Source: Methylomonas sp.
Lineage (GTDB): Bacteria; Pseudomonadota; Gammaproteobacteria; Methylococcales; Methylomonadaceae
Direction of reading: 5' to 3'
Length of the DNA stretch: 57,476 nucleotides
NCBI GenBank assembly: GCA_026989395.1
Contig: JALSJK010000116.1
Location: 1-57,476 of the forward strand
Shown here: positions 1 through 9,774 of the stretch, in pieces
Position numbering within the stretch: position 1 is the stretch's first letter
How the letters are laid out: each line of letters starts with the position of its first letter
Program-made: the position numbers and the translations under genes
Notes under the pieces: generated by a model
Database searches by the model: none
Seen by the model: only the letters and a program-made list of their open reading frames with translations
What the model was told of the DNA's origin: nothing

Positions 1-120
1 AAGGGGCAGGAATTATTCTCAGTTTAAGATCGCTTGTTCAATCCGGCGATCGATGGGAACAATTCTGGAATAAAATTAATCAATATGGGGCGCAATGTTA
101 TACATGAAACATCATATTGA

Positions 121-159
121 GGCTTCACTCGTGCCGTAGTGAAGTTACGGATCGGGTTA
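121..159 (+). repeat. REP-like repeat copy / hairpin downstream of the EVE gene
   Basis: 'GGCTTCACTCGTGCCGTAGTGAAGTTACGGATCGGGTT' has an internal stem CTTCACT/AGTGAAG and is related to the copies at 31.9 and 32.8-33.0 kb. Confidence 0.45.
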
Positions 160-163
160 TAAG

Positions 164-631
164 TTAACTTTTCTGCTCCAAAGATAGGATGAAATCCCAT
201 TGTTGCTTGGTGACTGGCATAATTGATAGTCGGTTGCCTCTTCTTACTAAAGGGAATTCTTCTAGTTCAGGCTTTTGTTTTAATTCTTTGAGAGGGATGG
301 TTCGATCGAGCTTTCTGTTAAATTTAATGTCAACCATAAACCAGCGAGGGTTGTTTGGGTCGCTTTTGGGGTCAAAGTGTTTATCATCAGGATCAAAGGC
401 GGTAAAGTCAGGATAACTTTCTCTAACAACTTCCATGATTCCAACAATGCCGGGTTCGTCACAATTGGAGTGGTAGAAAAACACTTGATCGCCTATTTTC
501 ATATCATCACGCATCATGTTTCTGGCTTGATAATTTCTGACTCCATCCCAGTGCTCTGTTTGATTCGGCATGTTTTGAAGATCGTCAATACTGAACTCGG
601 TGGGTTCAGATTTCATTAACCAGTATTTCAT
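164..631 (-). CDS. EVE (PUA-like) domain protein; true start likely the internal Met (MKYWLMKSEP...) at 631, not the ORF-track start at 706
   Basis: N-terminal 'MKYWLMKSEPTEFSIDDL' is typical of EVE/thymocyte-nuclear-protein-like proteins. The 25-codon upstream extension in the ORF track overlaps the predicted 6S RNA. Confidence 0.65.
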   Translation of the reverse strand: MKYWLMKSEPTEFSIDDLQNMPNQTEHWDGVRNYQARNMMRDDMKIGDQVFFYHSNCDEPGIVGIMEVVRESYPDFTAFDPDDKHFDPKSDPNNPRWFMVDIKFNRKLDRTIPLKELKQKPELEEFPLVRRGNRLSIMPVTKQQWDFILSLEQKS

Positions 632-652
632 GAGATTGTTTTGAAAGTAAGT

Positions 653-838
653 GAGTATCTCCCGCCTGCGCCGTAATAATCTTTCGTCCTTGAACCAAAG
701 GTTCAAGTGGGCACTTCACGGGCAAATCAGGCTTTCCGATAAAACGGACATGCACACCATCGCCAGGTATCAGTCCCCGGGGTTAATATAGGTTCAGGAA
801 ATACCCAGATTACCTCGAACGCCGCAGGAGATACTGTA
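653..838 (-). ncRNA. ssrS: 6S RNA (ssrS), ~186 nt, immediately downstream of zapA on the same strand
   Basis: zapA-ssrS synteny is conserved in gammaproteobacteria. The minus-strand sequence contains 'CACUUGAACCUUUGGUUCAAGG', which resembles the E. coli 6S 'CACCUUGAACCAAGGGUUCAAGG'. A closing stem pairs 5' 'GUAUCUCCUGCGGCG' (+821-834) with 3' 'CGGCGCAGGCGGGAGAUAC' (+656-674). Exact ends are uncertain. Confidence 0.55.
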
Positions 839-908
839 CTAGTTTAGCCTATTTTATAAATTTTGAAGAAACTTTTCTCCTAACCAAAAACAGAGAAATT
901 ACTTGGCA

Positions 909-1199
909 CTATTTTTCCAGTGCTGCTTCAATTTTTTGGCGCAACTGACTCAGTTGTTCGCTTATTCCATGATTAAGTGATTGATTTTTGTTTTGGGTGA
1001 ATTCGTGGGCTAAATTCAACGCCGCAACAATAGCAATTCGATCTGTACTGCTGACTTTTCCGGAATCCCGAATTTCGCGCATTTCATTGTCAAGTTTTTC
1101 GGCAGAGTTGAGCAAGTCTTCGCGGCCATTTTCAGTGCAGGCAATTTTATATTCTTTGCCTAAGATGGTCACTGTTACAGGGATTACGTCATTACTCAT
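909..1199 (-). CDS. zapA: cell division protein ZapA
   Basis: 96 aa with a ZapA-like sequence ('VTILGKEYKIACTENGREDLLNSAEKLDNEMREIR'). The zapA-ssrS and divergent ygfB-pepP-ubiH context matches the E. coli arrangement. Confidence 0.85.
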   Translation of the reverse strand: MSNDVIPVTVTILGKEYKIACTENGREDLLNSAEKLDNEMREIRDSGKVSSTDRIAIVAALNLAHEFTQNKNQSLNHGISEQLSQLRQKIEAALEK

Positions 1200-1201
1200 G
1201 T

Positions 1202-1423
1202 CTATTGCTCCATGGATTTGAGGCGTGAAATCATGGATTCTACCCGGAAGCGGGCTGTTGAAGTTTTTTCAATCAGTTTTGCCTTTTCACGCACCAGCTC
1301 CTCTTGTTTGGTTTTTAATAATTGGTTTTCTTTGAGTATGGCGTTGTAGCGGTTAAGCAGTTCATCCAGCTTTTCCTCAAGTAAAATTATTTCGGGTGTT
1401 TGTGTTGTGTTATTGTTGGTCAT
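1202..1423 (-). CDS. small coiled-coil protein (TIGR02449/ZapB-like) upstream of zapA; start probably the internal Met (MTNNNTTQ)
   Basis: ~73 aa heptad-rich sequence (LLEEKLDELLNRYNAILKENQLLKTKQEEL). A small coiled-coil gene commonly precedes zapA in gammaproteobacteria. Confidence 0.45.
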   Translation of the reverse strand: MTNNNTTQTPEIILLEEKLDELLNRYNAILKENQLLKTKQEELVREKAKLIEKTSTARFRVESMISRLKSMEQ

Positions 1424-1554
1424 GATAAAACCATTGCTGCAAAAAAATTGCACAAGAAAATTTTGTGTGAAGACTTAATTTATAATGTTAGCATAACTCT
1501 ATTGATATTTTTAATTTTTCAATGGTATTTTTTTGGAGATAGGAATTTAGCGGC

Positions 1555-2085
1555 ATGACGTACCAGGTGGTGGATGCAATAATTGAAAAAACTGAGCCTA
1601 CAGTTACTGCAGCGGAAGCACATGGCATGGCAACAGGTATGTTGTGTATTGATGCAAGCACTGATTCTATGACGTGGTTGAACGAAATGTTTCAAGATTC
1701 AGTGGCGTTGCTGGAAGAAGATAAACAGTTATTGGTGTCTTTGTTTGAGCAAACCCAAGAACTAATTAATGGAGACGACTTCGCTTTTGACCTGTTGCTT
1801 CCAGATGATGACGCTGAACTTGAACAGAGAATAGATGCGTTGAGAAATTGGAGCAAAGGGTTTTTGCTCGGAGTCGGTTATTCAACATCAGAAACAAAAT
1901 GGCCAGGGGAAACCCGGGAAATCCTCAAGGATATTGTTGAACTTTCCAAAATGGATGTTGATGGTGATGAGGATGATGAAGAAATCGAAACTGCTTTAAT
2001 GGAGATTCAGGAGTATTTACGGGCAGCAATTATGTTGTTTAAGACAGAATTTAACGTCAGCGATGACGGTAAGGTATTACATTGA
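1555..2085 (+). CDS. ygfB: UPF0149 family protein YgfB
   Basis: 176 aa acidic protein. Its position upstream of pepP-ubiH-ubiI matches the conserved ygfB-pepP-ubiH-ubiI order. Confidence 0.65.
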   Translation: MTYQVVDAIIEKTEPTVTAAEAHGMATGMLCIDASTDSMTWLNEMFQDSVALLEEDKQLLVSLFEQTQELINGDDFAFDLLLPDDDAELEQRIDALRNWSKGFLLGVGYSTSETKWPGETREILKDIVELSKMDVDGDEDDEEIETALMEIQEYLRAAIMLFKTEFNVSDDGKVLH

Positions 2086-2097
2086 TTTTGACAGAGA

Positions 2098-3408
2098 ATG
2101 AAGCAAGCTGAATTTAAACGCCGCCGCAAGCAATTGATGGCGCAAATTGGTAAAAACAATATTGCAATTATCAGTAGCGCAGCAATGCGGCCCAGAAATC
2201 GTGATGTTGATTATCCTTTTCGCCAGGATAGTGATTTTTATTATTTGACTGGCTTCAATGAACCAGATTCATTAGCAGTATTTATTCCTGAGCGTAAAGA
2301 AGGCGAGTACATCCTTTTTTGTCGTGAATTTGATGAAAAAAAGGCACTTTGGGAGGGCGCGCATGCTGGACTGGAGGGGGCTACCCAAGATTATGGCGCA
2401 GATGATTCTTTCCCAATTACGGATTTCGCTGATATTTTACCGGGGTTATTAGAAAACAAAGGCAAGGTTTTTTACCCGATGGGGCGGGATAGTGAGCTGG
2501 ATCATAATATACTGGAATGGTTGTTGCATATTCGCACCCAGTCACGAACAGGTGTAACCGCTCCGGGTGAATTAGTCTCATTAGAACATATTCTTCATGA
2601 AATGCGGCTTTTCAAAAGTGCTGCGGAAATTCAATTAATGAAACGTGCAGCAGAAGTTTCTGCCAAGGGGCATGTCCGAGCCATGCAAAAATGTCAGCCA
2701 GGCATGTTCGAATATCAGGTGGAATCTGAATTAATATATAGTTTCATGAGGCAAGGGTTGAGGGCAGTTGCATATCCATCGATTGTAGCAGGAGGCAAGA
2801 ATGCATGTGTGCTGCATTACACTGAAAATGACGCCAAAATAAAACGTGGGGATCTGTTGTTAATTGATGCAGGCGCAGAATGTGATCATTATGCGGCTGA
2901 TATTACCCGGACATTTCCTGTTAGTGGTCGTTTTTCACCAGCGCAAAAGCAATTATATCAATTGGTGCTGGATGCACAGCTTTCTGCAATCGAGCAGATC
3001 AAGCCCGGTTTGCCCTGGAATTTAGCTCATGAGACTGCAGTCGAAGTGATTACCGCTGGTTTGGTAGAACTGGGTTTGTTGAAAGGCCGGATTCCGAAAC
3101 TGATAAAAGATGAGAAATATAAGCAGTTTTTTATGCATCGAATTGGACATTGGCTGGGAATGGATGTGCATGATGTGGGCGATTACAAGGTTGATGGAGA
3201 ATGGCGGGCTCTAGAACCGGGAATGGTGTTAACGATAGAGCCCGGTTTATATATTCCTGTAAATTGCAAGACTGTTGACAAGAAATGGCAAGGGATTGGT
3301 ATTCGTATTGAAGATGATGTTTTGGTTACCAAAAATGGCTACGAGGTGTTAACAAATGGCGTTCCAAAAACCATTGCAGAGATTGAATCGATCATGCAGG
3401 CAGGCTGA
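2098..3408 (+). CDS. pepP: Xaa-Pro aminopeptidase (aminopeptidase P II)
   Basis: 436 aa M24B metallopeptidase with 'HRIGHWLGMDVHD' and 'GMVLTIEPGLY' metal-binding motifs. Synteny with ubiH. Confidence 0.85.
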   Translation: MKQAEFKRRRKQLMAQIGKNNIAIISSAAMRPRNRDVDYPFRQDSDFYYLTGFNEPDSLAVFIPERKEGEYILFCREFDEKKALWEGAHAGLEGATQDYGADDSFPITDFADILPGLLENKGKVFYPMGRDSELDHNILEWLLHIRTQSRTGVTAPGELVSLEHILHEMRLFKSAAEIQLMKRAAEVSAKGHVRAMQKCQPGMFEYQVESELIYSFMRQGLRAVAYPSIVAGGKNACVLHYTENDAKIKRGDLLLIDAGAECDHYAADITRTFPVSGRFSPAQKQLYQLVLDAQLSAIEQIKPGLPWNLAHETAVEVITAGLVELGLLKGRIPKLIKDEKYKQFFMHRIGHWLGMDVHDVGDYKVDGEWRALEPGMVLTIEPGLYIPVNCKTVDKKWQGIGIRIEDDVLVTKNGYEVLTNGVPKTIAEIESIMQAG

Positions 3409-4610
3409 TGCAAACTGATTATCAAATTATCATTGTAGGAGGCGGGTTGGCAGGTGGCTGTTTGGCAATCGCTTTAAAACAAGCGGGTTTGAACATCGCA
3501 GTAATTGAAGCTGCAAGTCGTGAACAAAGGGCTGGTTCTGGTGCGGGCGATAGAGCATTGGCTTTGGCGGCTGGAACTGTCAAAATGTTGGAGAGGCTCG
3601 GGATATGGCAAGGGGTGGCAATACAGGCAACAGCAATTAAAAACATTCATATTTCTGACCAGGGCCATTTTGGTAAAACCAGGCTATCTGCTGAACGTGA
3701 AGGGGTAAAAGCACTAGGTTTTGTTATTTCTGCTCGTGATATCGAGGGGCATGTTGCCCAGTTGCTAGATCAGTACCAAATTGATCAGATCTGTCCAGCC
3801 AGGGTTGTTGGGCTTGCCTCGGGTGGTGATTTGGCCCATCTGAGCATCAAGAGCAATGATGAGGCAAAAAACCTTTCTGCTCAGTTGATTATTGGCGCTG
3901 ATGGCGGCCAGTCTTCGGTCAGAAAATCATTGGAAATCAAACAAAAAGTTGTCGAATATGGGCAGACAGCCATCGTGACAACGGTAAAGACGGAAAAACA
4001 TCACCAGAATATTGCTTATGAGCGGTTTACCTCTTCTGGACCTTTAGCTTTATTACCTATGGGAAGCTCATTCGCAGTGGTCTGGACGAGAGCTCATGAG
4101 CAGGCGGAATTGTTATTGGGTTTAAGTGAAGCAGACTTTGTGGGCCAGCTCCAAGACTGTTTTGGTTATCGTTTGGGCAGGTTCACTTTGCAAGCGCCGA
4201 GGCGTGCGTTTCCTTTAACTTTAGTTCGCGCAGAGCGGATGATTGATGAGCGAGTTGTTATGATTGGCAATGCAGTTCATCAATTGCATCCAGTTGCCGG
4301 CCAAGGTTTTAATCTGGGTTTAAGAGATGTGGTGCAATTAGCTGAAATGATTATTGAACAACATCAAGCAGGGAGTGATGTTGGTGATGCTTCTGTTCTG
4401 AACCATTACGCGCAAGCCAGGCAGCAAGATCATGACCAAGTGGTTAATTTTACCAATAGCGTTGTGCGAATTTTTTCTAATCAATGGGGGGCAGTCGCAG
4501 CAGCAAGAAATGTAGGGCTGGCCTTGCTAGATCAGCTGCCTTTTGCAAAAACTCAGGTGGCCAGACATGCGATGGGTTTAGGTGGGCGAATGCCGCGACT
4601 CGGAAAGTAA
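3408..4610 (+). CDS. ubiH: FAD-dependent 2-octaprenyl-6-methoxyphenol hydroxylase
   Basis: N-terminal FAD-binding 'IIIVGGGLAGG', and 'GNAVHQLHPVAGQGFNLGLRD' (UbiH/Coq6 family). First of two tandem paralogs, as in E. coli ubiH-ubiI. Confidence 0.8.
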   Translation: MQTDYQIIIVGGGLAGGCLAIALKQAGLNIAVIEAASREQRAGSGAGDRALALAAGTVKMLERLGIWQGVAIQATAIKNIHISDQGHFGKTRLSAEREGVKALGFVISARDIEGHVAQLLDQYQIDQICPARVVGLASGGDLAHLSIKSNDEAKNLSAQLIIGADGGQSSVRKSLEIKQKVVEYGQTAIVTTVKTEKHHQNIAYERFTSSGPLALLPMGSSFAVVWTRAHEQAELLLGLSEADFVGQLQDCFGYRLGRFTLQAPRRAFPLTLVRAERMIDERVVMIGNAVHQLHPVAGQGFNLGLRDVVQLAEMIIEQHQAGSDVGDASVLNHYAQARQQDHDQVVNFTNSVVRIFSNQWGAVAAARNVGLALLDQLPFAKTQVARHAMGLGGRMPRLGK

Positions 4611-4618
4611 AGAATAAT

Positions 4619-5869
4619 ATGATTGAACGGTTTGAAGTAATTGTTGTAGGAGGCGGCATCGTAGGTGCGACGGCGGCATGTATTTTAGCCGAGGCGGGTG
4701 TCAAAACAGCATTAATTAACGACAAGCAACCGCAAAAAACGTGGCCTAAAGATACCGTTGACCTTCGGGTTTCGGCGCTAACCAAAGCTTCACAAAATAT
4801 TTTAGAAAAAATTGACGTTTGGCCTGCCATGAGAGAACGTGGTGTGGGCCCGTATTATCAGATGCAGGTTTGGGATGCCAATGGTCGTGGGGAATTACAC
4901 TTTGATTGTGCTGATACCGAGTTCGATCAGTTAGGTCATATTGTTGAAAACCGCATAACCGTTGCATCATTATGGGATAAGTTGGAGAAATTGTCAGATG
5001 CAAGCCTGATTTGTCCCGCCACAGTCAATGAATTGCAAGAGTTTAAGCAGGGCTGGCGGGTACAGATGGATGACGGCAGCGAATATGAAGCTGATTTGGT
5101 TATTGCTGCTGATGGTCGCGATTCCAAGTTAAGGAAGATGCGGGGGATTGAAACAACGGGCTGGGCTTATCAGCAGGATGGCCTGGTGGCTACGATAACA
5201 ACAGAGAAAAGCCACCAGAACACAGCATGGCAACGGTTTTTATCAGAAGGGCCATTGGCTTTTTTACCATTAGCTAATGGCCAGTGTTCAATTGTCTGGA
5301 CATTATCAACTGAGACTGCGGAAAAATATCAACAGTTGAAGGATGGCGATTTTCTGACTGTTCTTGAGCAGGCATCGGCAGGAATATTAGGAAAAATGCT
5401 TGCGGTTGGGCCAAGAGCGAAATTCCCACTTCGTTTTCAATTTGCTCAGCGGTATATTGATGAGCATTTTGTATTGATCGGCGATGCCGCGCATGCAATG
5501 CACCCTTTGGCGGGGCAAGGGGCAAATGCCGGGTTATTAGATGCCGCTGCGATTGCCGAATTAATCATACAAGCAAAAAAATTGCACAGACCGATTTCCA
5601 GTCGGCGTGTCTTGCGGCACTTTGAACGTTGGCGGAAAGGTGACAATATGGCTATGATGGCAAGTATGGATGCCATCAGCAGGGTTTATAAAATATCTGT
5701 TTCACCGTTTGTAACGCTGAGGTCTGGAGGTATGAACTGGATTAATAATCATGAATCGATTAAACAGTTTTTCAACCGGTATGCAATGGGATTGCGGAAC
5801 GATTTACCCGGTTTCGCATACGAAAATAATTCAAGCCAATTGCCCAACTTATTACGCGCACGTTCCTAA
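4619..5869 (+). CDS. ubiI: FAD-dependent 2-octaprenylphenol hydroxylase (UbiI/VisC); start at ATG 4619, not ORF-track 4484
   Basis: 'MIERFEVIVVGGGIVGA' Rossmann start and 'GDAAHAMHPLAGQGANAGLLD'. The 45-codon upstream extension overlaps the ubiH 3' end and is not credible. Confidence 0.75.
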   Translation: MIERFEVIVVGGGIVGATAACILAEAGVKTALINDKQPQKTWPKDTVDLRVSALTKASQNILEKIDVWPAMRERGVGPYYQMQVWDANGRGELHFDCADTEFDQLGHIVENRITVASLWDKLEKLSDASLICPATVNELQEFKQGWRVQMDDGSEYEADLVIAADGRDSKLRKMRGIETTGWAYQQDGLVATITTEKSHQNTAWQRFLSEGPLAFLPLANGQCSIVWTLSTETAEKYQQLKDGDFLTVLEQASAGILGKMLAVGPRAKFPLRFQFAQRYIDEHFVLIGDAAHAMHPLAGQGANAGLLDAAAIAELIIQAKKLHRPISSRRVLRHFERWRKGDNMAMMASMDAISRVYKISVSPFVTLRSGGMNWINNHESIKQFFNRYAMGLRNDLPGFAYENNSSQLPNLLRARS

Positions 5870-6060
5870 ATAATAAGCTTATTTTTAATGATATGGTTTA
5901 CCTTGCCGCGGCAGTTCTGGTATATTCAGCAATCAGGTGATCAATGAAGCGTTGGATTGCTGATAGTAAACAAGTGATTTTTTCAAATTCCCATGTTTTT
6001 GTGATGAGAAAAGCATGAAGAAAATTATAATAACATTCGAATGAATGATGGAGAGCAAAG

Positions 6061-6522
6061 ATGACTGAAGGCCTGTTTATTTTGACAACAATTTTTGTCG
6101 CTTACGTGGTATACGTTATTGTTAGTGATTCCAAGGCGGAAAAGGAAAAGACAGAATCAAACCCTGCCGAAGCAACCCCAGCCCCAGAAAAAACACCCCA
6201 GGTTGCAAAGCCGAGCAAGCCAAAGCCAGCGGCTAGTAAACCTAAACCTGCTCCCGTTAAAAAAGCCGAACAGGCAAAACCGGAACCCAAAACGGCAACG
6301 AAACAAGCTTCAAATGTTAAAGAGTTGCGTAATCCTGAAACCGGTGAAGTTTCGACTATTGCTGCAAATTATCGTTTCATGAAGCGATGGATAAAAGACG
6401 CAATGGTGACTGAGGGATTACTGGATAAAGTCTACAAGAATAATGAGCTGGATGATGCCGCTACCACAAAGATTAATGCAGCAGTTGAGAAATTAAAGGC
6501 TTTGGATAAATATAAAGCTTGA
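6061..6522 (+). CDS. hypothetical membrane-anchored protein with a Pro/Lys/Ala-rich linker
   Basis: N-terminal TM helix (GLFILTTIFVAYVVYVIV), a low-complexity 'KPKPAASKPKPAPVKK' linker and a C-terminal ~60-aa helical domain. No recognisable family. Confidence 0.4.
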   Translation: MTEGLFILTTIFVAYVVYVIVSDSKAEKEKTESNPAEATPAPEKTPQVAKPSKPKPAASKPKPAPVKKAEQAKPEPKTATKQASNVKELRNPETGEVSTIAANYRFMKRWIKDAMVTEGLLDKVYKNNELDDAATTKINAAVEKLKALDKYKA

Positions 6523-6595
6523 CTGTGCTAAGGCAGCTGGAGTTTCAGCAGGCTATCGATGCGTTAAGTGATTGAGATGAAGGCAAAGGCAGGCA

Positions 6596-7942
6596 TTATT
6601 CCAACCCCAGTTTCTTTAGGCGATAACGTAAGGATCTGAAGGTTAATCCCAGCTGTTTGGCAGTGGCTGTTTTATTCCATTTATTCTGTTCCAAAGCTTC
6701 ACTGATAGCCTGTTTTTCGATTTCTTCCAGATAATTTTCCAGTGAACCTTGAATTTGATCTTGAGGTTTTGAGGAAGGTGAGGGCGACGGTGGGCTGACA
6801 AGGTCAGGGAGGTTTAAATCTGTACTTTCAATGATATCTCCATCAAAAAGAGCGATGGCGCGCTCCAGAATGTTTTCAAGTTCACGTACATTGCCTGGGA
6901 AGAGGTATTGTTTCAATGCCGTGATAGCATCATTGGACAGTTTTGGTTTGGGCAAGCCACTTTTTCCAGTAATATTTTCCAGAAAATGTTGAGCGAGTTT
7001 CGGAATGTCTTCACGCCGTTCGCGCAAAGGTGGAACAATTAGCTCAATGACATTAATCCGGTAAAATAAGTCCTGTCGAAAGTGACCTTCTTGCACCATT
7101 TTAGCTAAGTCTTGGTGGGTGGCGCTCAGGATGCGGACATCGGTGCTAATTTCTTGATAGCCGCCTACCGGGCGGATTTTTTTCTCTTGAATGGCTCTGA
7201 GTAATTTTACTTGAAGTGCCGCAGGAAGGTCGCCAACTTCATCCAGGAATAAGGTTCCACCTTCAGCCGCTTGAAATAATCCTTCTTTGTCGCTATGCGC
7301 TCCTGTAAAGCTGCCTTTTTTATGACCGAAAAATTCGCTTTCAACCAGTTCGTGAGGAATGGCGCCGCAATTCACAGCAATAAAGGGTTGGTCATTACGA
7401 GGGCTTTGTTTGTGAATTTGTCTGGCAACTAATTCTTTTCCTGAACCTGATTCGCCGCTAATAAAAACTGGCGCCTGGCTGCGGGCAACTTTAGCAATTT
7501 TAGAGCGGATATAGCGCATGGCTTCGGATTCGCCCAGCAGTGTATCTCTGGATCTTCTTTCACGTGCTGCGGGGGAGCTTAGTTTTAATGCACTGTTAAC
7601 CAGTTGTCTTAGTGATTGTAAATCTACGGGTTTGGATAGAAAATCAAAAGCACCGGTTTTCATTGCCTTGACTGCAGTTTCAGTATTGCCATGTGCGGTA
7701 ATGACAGCAACAGGCAGATGACTATGTTGGGTTTGGATGAAATCTACCAGTCCCAGTCCATCGCCATCAGGTAATTTCATGTCGGTCAGGCATAGATTGA
7801 ACTTGTTGTCTTGAAGTAATGCTTTGGCAGAGGCAATGTTTTCAGCGCTAAGCGTATCAATTTTCATTCTGTTGAGCGTGATTTCCAGTAATTCACGAAT
7901 ATCTGGTTCATCATCAACAATCAAGGCGAGATAATGGCTCAT
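6596..7942 (-). CDS. pilR: sigma-54-dependent two-component response regulator (PilR/NtrC family)
   Basis: Receiver domain (LIVDDEPDIRELL...D), AAA+ sigma-54 interaction domain ('GESGSGKELVARQIH', 'GAFTGA') and C-terminal Fis-type HTH. Cotranscribed with the upstream PilS-like kinase. Confidence 0.75.
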   Translation of the reverse strand: MSHYLALIVDDEPDIRELLEITLNRMKIDTLSAENIASAKALLQDNKFNLCLTDMKLPDGDGLGLVDFIQTQHSHLPVAVITAHGNTETAVKAMKTGAFDFLSKPVDLQSLRQLVNSALKLSSPAARERRSRDTLLGESEAMRYIRSKIAKVARSQAPVFISGESGSGKELVARQIHKQSPRNDQPFIAVNCGAIPHELVESEFFGHKKGSFTGAHSDKEGLFQAAEGGTLFLDEVGDLPAALQVKLLRAIQEKKIRPVGGYQEISTDVRILSATHQDLAKMVQEGHFRQDLFYRINVIELIVPPLRERREDIPKLAQHFLENITGKSGLPKPKLSNDAITALKQYLFPGNVRELENILERAIALFDGDIIESTDLNLPDLVSPPSPSPSSKPQDQIQGSLENYLEEIEKQAISEALEQNKWNKTATAKQLGLTFRSLRYRLKKLGLE

Positions 7943-7945
7943 AAT

Positions 7946-9562
7946 TCAGTCGTTTTTGTTAGCATCAATCAGAACAAGGCGAAAGCAGCTTTGTCCGGCA
8001 GTATTATAATAGTCCAATTTAGCCTGATTGAGTTGGGCTAGTTCTCTGGAAATATACAGGCCAAGCCCTGTGCCTGACATTGAAGTGGTAAAAAAAGGCT
8101 CGAAAAGATGTTCAAGATCGTTAGGAGCTATTCCCTGTCCTGGATCCATCACGTCTATCACTAACTCTGTAAGCAGATAATAACATTTTATAGTTATTTT
8201 GCCTTTTTCAGGGCAGCCATAATTTAAAGCATTTCGGCATAAATTGTCCATAATCTGTTTAAGATGGCCGGGATCAGCTAATGCATATAAATCAATATTT
8301 TCAATGGATAGAATAAATTGATTTGGGTTGATATTGTGTTCAGAAAGAAAATTTTCCAAGTAATGGTGTAACCAGTTTCCGAGTTCTATTTTTTGCTTTT
8401 TTGAGGCATTTCTTCTAGATAGTTGTAAAATATCTTCAATAATAGTGTTAACCCTTTGGGCATGAGATTGAATAATGCCGGTTAAGCGTTGATCTTGAGG
8501 CGTTAAATCTGGGCATTCAGAAAGCAGTTGACCTGCATGGCTGATTGCTCCAAGTGGATTTCGTATTTCATGGGCAATACTTGCCGTTAATCTGCCAAGA
8601 GAGGCTAGTTTGCTTTGTTGCAATCTTTGATTATAGACGGCCATATCTTCAAGCATAATCAAAAAATAGGTTTCCTGGTTGACAGGTAATTTTTGAAAAT
8701 GAATTTGAATTTCATTTTGCTGACTGGTTTTTATGAAGAAAAAATGCTGAGAAGGATTTTTTCGCCATTTTCTGAAGATATCAGAAAGTTGGTTGTCGAT
8801 TTTGGGCAAGGCTTCAGGAGTGCCCGAAAAGCCTAATAAATAGCTTGCAGTTTCATTAATCATGCTGACACGCTGGTTTTTGTCGCAGATTATCATGCCT
8901 GATTGAAAATGCTGGATGATGACCTGGTTCAGCGTTTCCAGTTTGGAGATGGTTTTTTTTCTTTGATCGGCAAGTCGTTCGGATTTTTCGGTTCGTTCCG
9001 CTAAAATTACCGTGAGTAATGCGATAGTAAAAAAAGCAGCGCCTAGCATTCCTGCGTAAGTATAAGTTGTGCCATCAAAAGTATTATTGGTGTCGGCATA
9101 GATTTGTTCAGCCAGAATGGCCAGAGTGGCTAATGCCGCAAATAAGATAGCGCAGCGGCCGCCGATTAATAAACCTCCTGCTGCCATGGAAACCACTAAC
9201 AGCATACCTGTGCCGCTGGCAATGCCGCCACAGGCATGCATAATAAGAGTGATGAACAGAATGTCTGTGAAAATAAGTATTTGGGCTTGGGCAGCATAAG
9301 AAGTTAAGCGCCAGAATACTCCGATGGCCGATATTAAAGTAACCAGTAAAAAAAGTCCGCTGCTGATGATGTAAAGTTGCTGGTCATACGAGCCTAGCAA
9401 CGATGGGCCGAAACGGGAATGAAATAAAATTACAAACAAGCAAGCCAGAATAAAACGATAAACAAGATATATTTTTAATATCAACCATGCCTGGCGGCCT
9501 GGAATGCCATAAGATTTTGAAAAAGGGCAGGGATAAATGGTTTCAGGAATGGTTTTAGGCAT
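7946..9562 (-). CDS. pilS: sensor histidine kinase PilS (polytopic N-terminal domain + PAS + HisKA/HATPase)
   Basis: About six N-terminal TM helices, the H-box 'SIAHEIRNPLGAI', and 'GTGLGLYISRELAQLN' in the G-box. A 4-bp gap to the pilR start. Confidence 0.7.
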   Translation of the reverse strand: MPKTIPETIYPCPFSKSYGIPGRQAWLILKIYLVYRFILACLFVILFHSRFGPSLLGSYDQQLYIISSGLFLLVTLISAIGVFWRLTSYAAQAQILIFTDILFITLIMHACGGIASGTGMLLVVSMAAGGLLIGGRCAILFAALATLAILAEQIYADTNNTFDGTTYTYAGMLGAAFFTIALLTVILAERTEKSERLADQRKKTISKLETLNQVIIQHFQSGMIICDKNQRVSMINETASYLLGFSGTPEALPKIDNQLSDIFRKWRKNPSQHFFFIKTSQQNEIQIHFQKLPVNQETYFLIMLEDMAVYNQRLQQSKLASLGRLTASIAHEIRNPLGAISHAGQLLSECPDLTPQDQRLTGIIQSHAQRVNTIIEDILQLSRRNASKKQKIELGNWLHHYLENFLSEHNINPNQFILSIENIDLYALADPGHLKQIMDNLCRNALNYGCPEKGKITIKCYYLLTELVIDVMDPGQGIAPNDLEHLFEPFFTTSMSGTGLGLYISRELAQLNQAKLDYYNTAGQSCFRLVLIDANKND

Positions 9563-9774
9563 TGAATATCAGGTCAAGTGTGTTGACTTACAGGCTATGC
9601 AATTGACTGGTTAACTTATGATAAAGCATAGCGTTTTATCAAGACTTCGCTAGAATAGCGTTGTAAATGAATTTTTTACGATTTGCGAAATCGAGGTTAT
9701 ACCAGGTTTTTGCTTGGGAAAAACAGGTCGCGAAAAGTATAAAATACCACTTTAAGTATTATCAGGAGTCATAA

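Noticed and set aside
632-706. ORF-track start of the EVE-domain gene at 706
   Set aside because: It would overlap the predicted 6S RNA. The conserved EVE N-terminus starts at the internal Met (631).
3422-3708. Three overlapping 64-74-aa ORFs on both strands inside ubiH
   Set aside because: They lie entirely within a strong, motif-supported FAD monooxygenase CDS. They are Cys/Pro-rich shadow ORFs typical of GC-rich coding antisense.
4484-4618. N-terminal 45-codon extension of the ubiI ORF (and antisense ORF 4477..4830)
   Set aside because: It overlaps the ubiH C-terminus. The canonical Rossmann N-terminus (MIERFEVIVVGGG) begins at ATG 4619.
6095-6382. Alternative-frame ORFs (95 aa +, 62 aa -) over the Pro/Lys/Ala-rich linker of the 6061 gene
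   Set aside because: They are low-complexity repeat-driven open frames. The in-frame 153-aa ORF has a TM anchor and a structured C-terminus.
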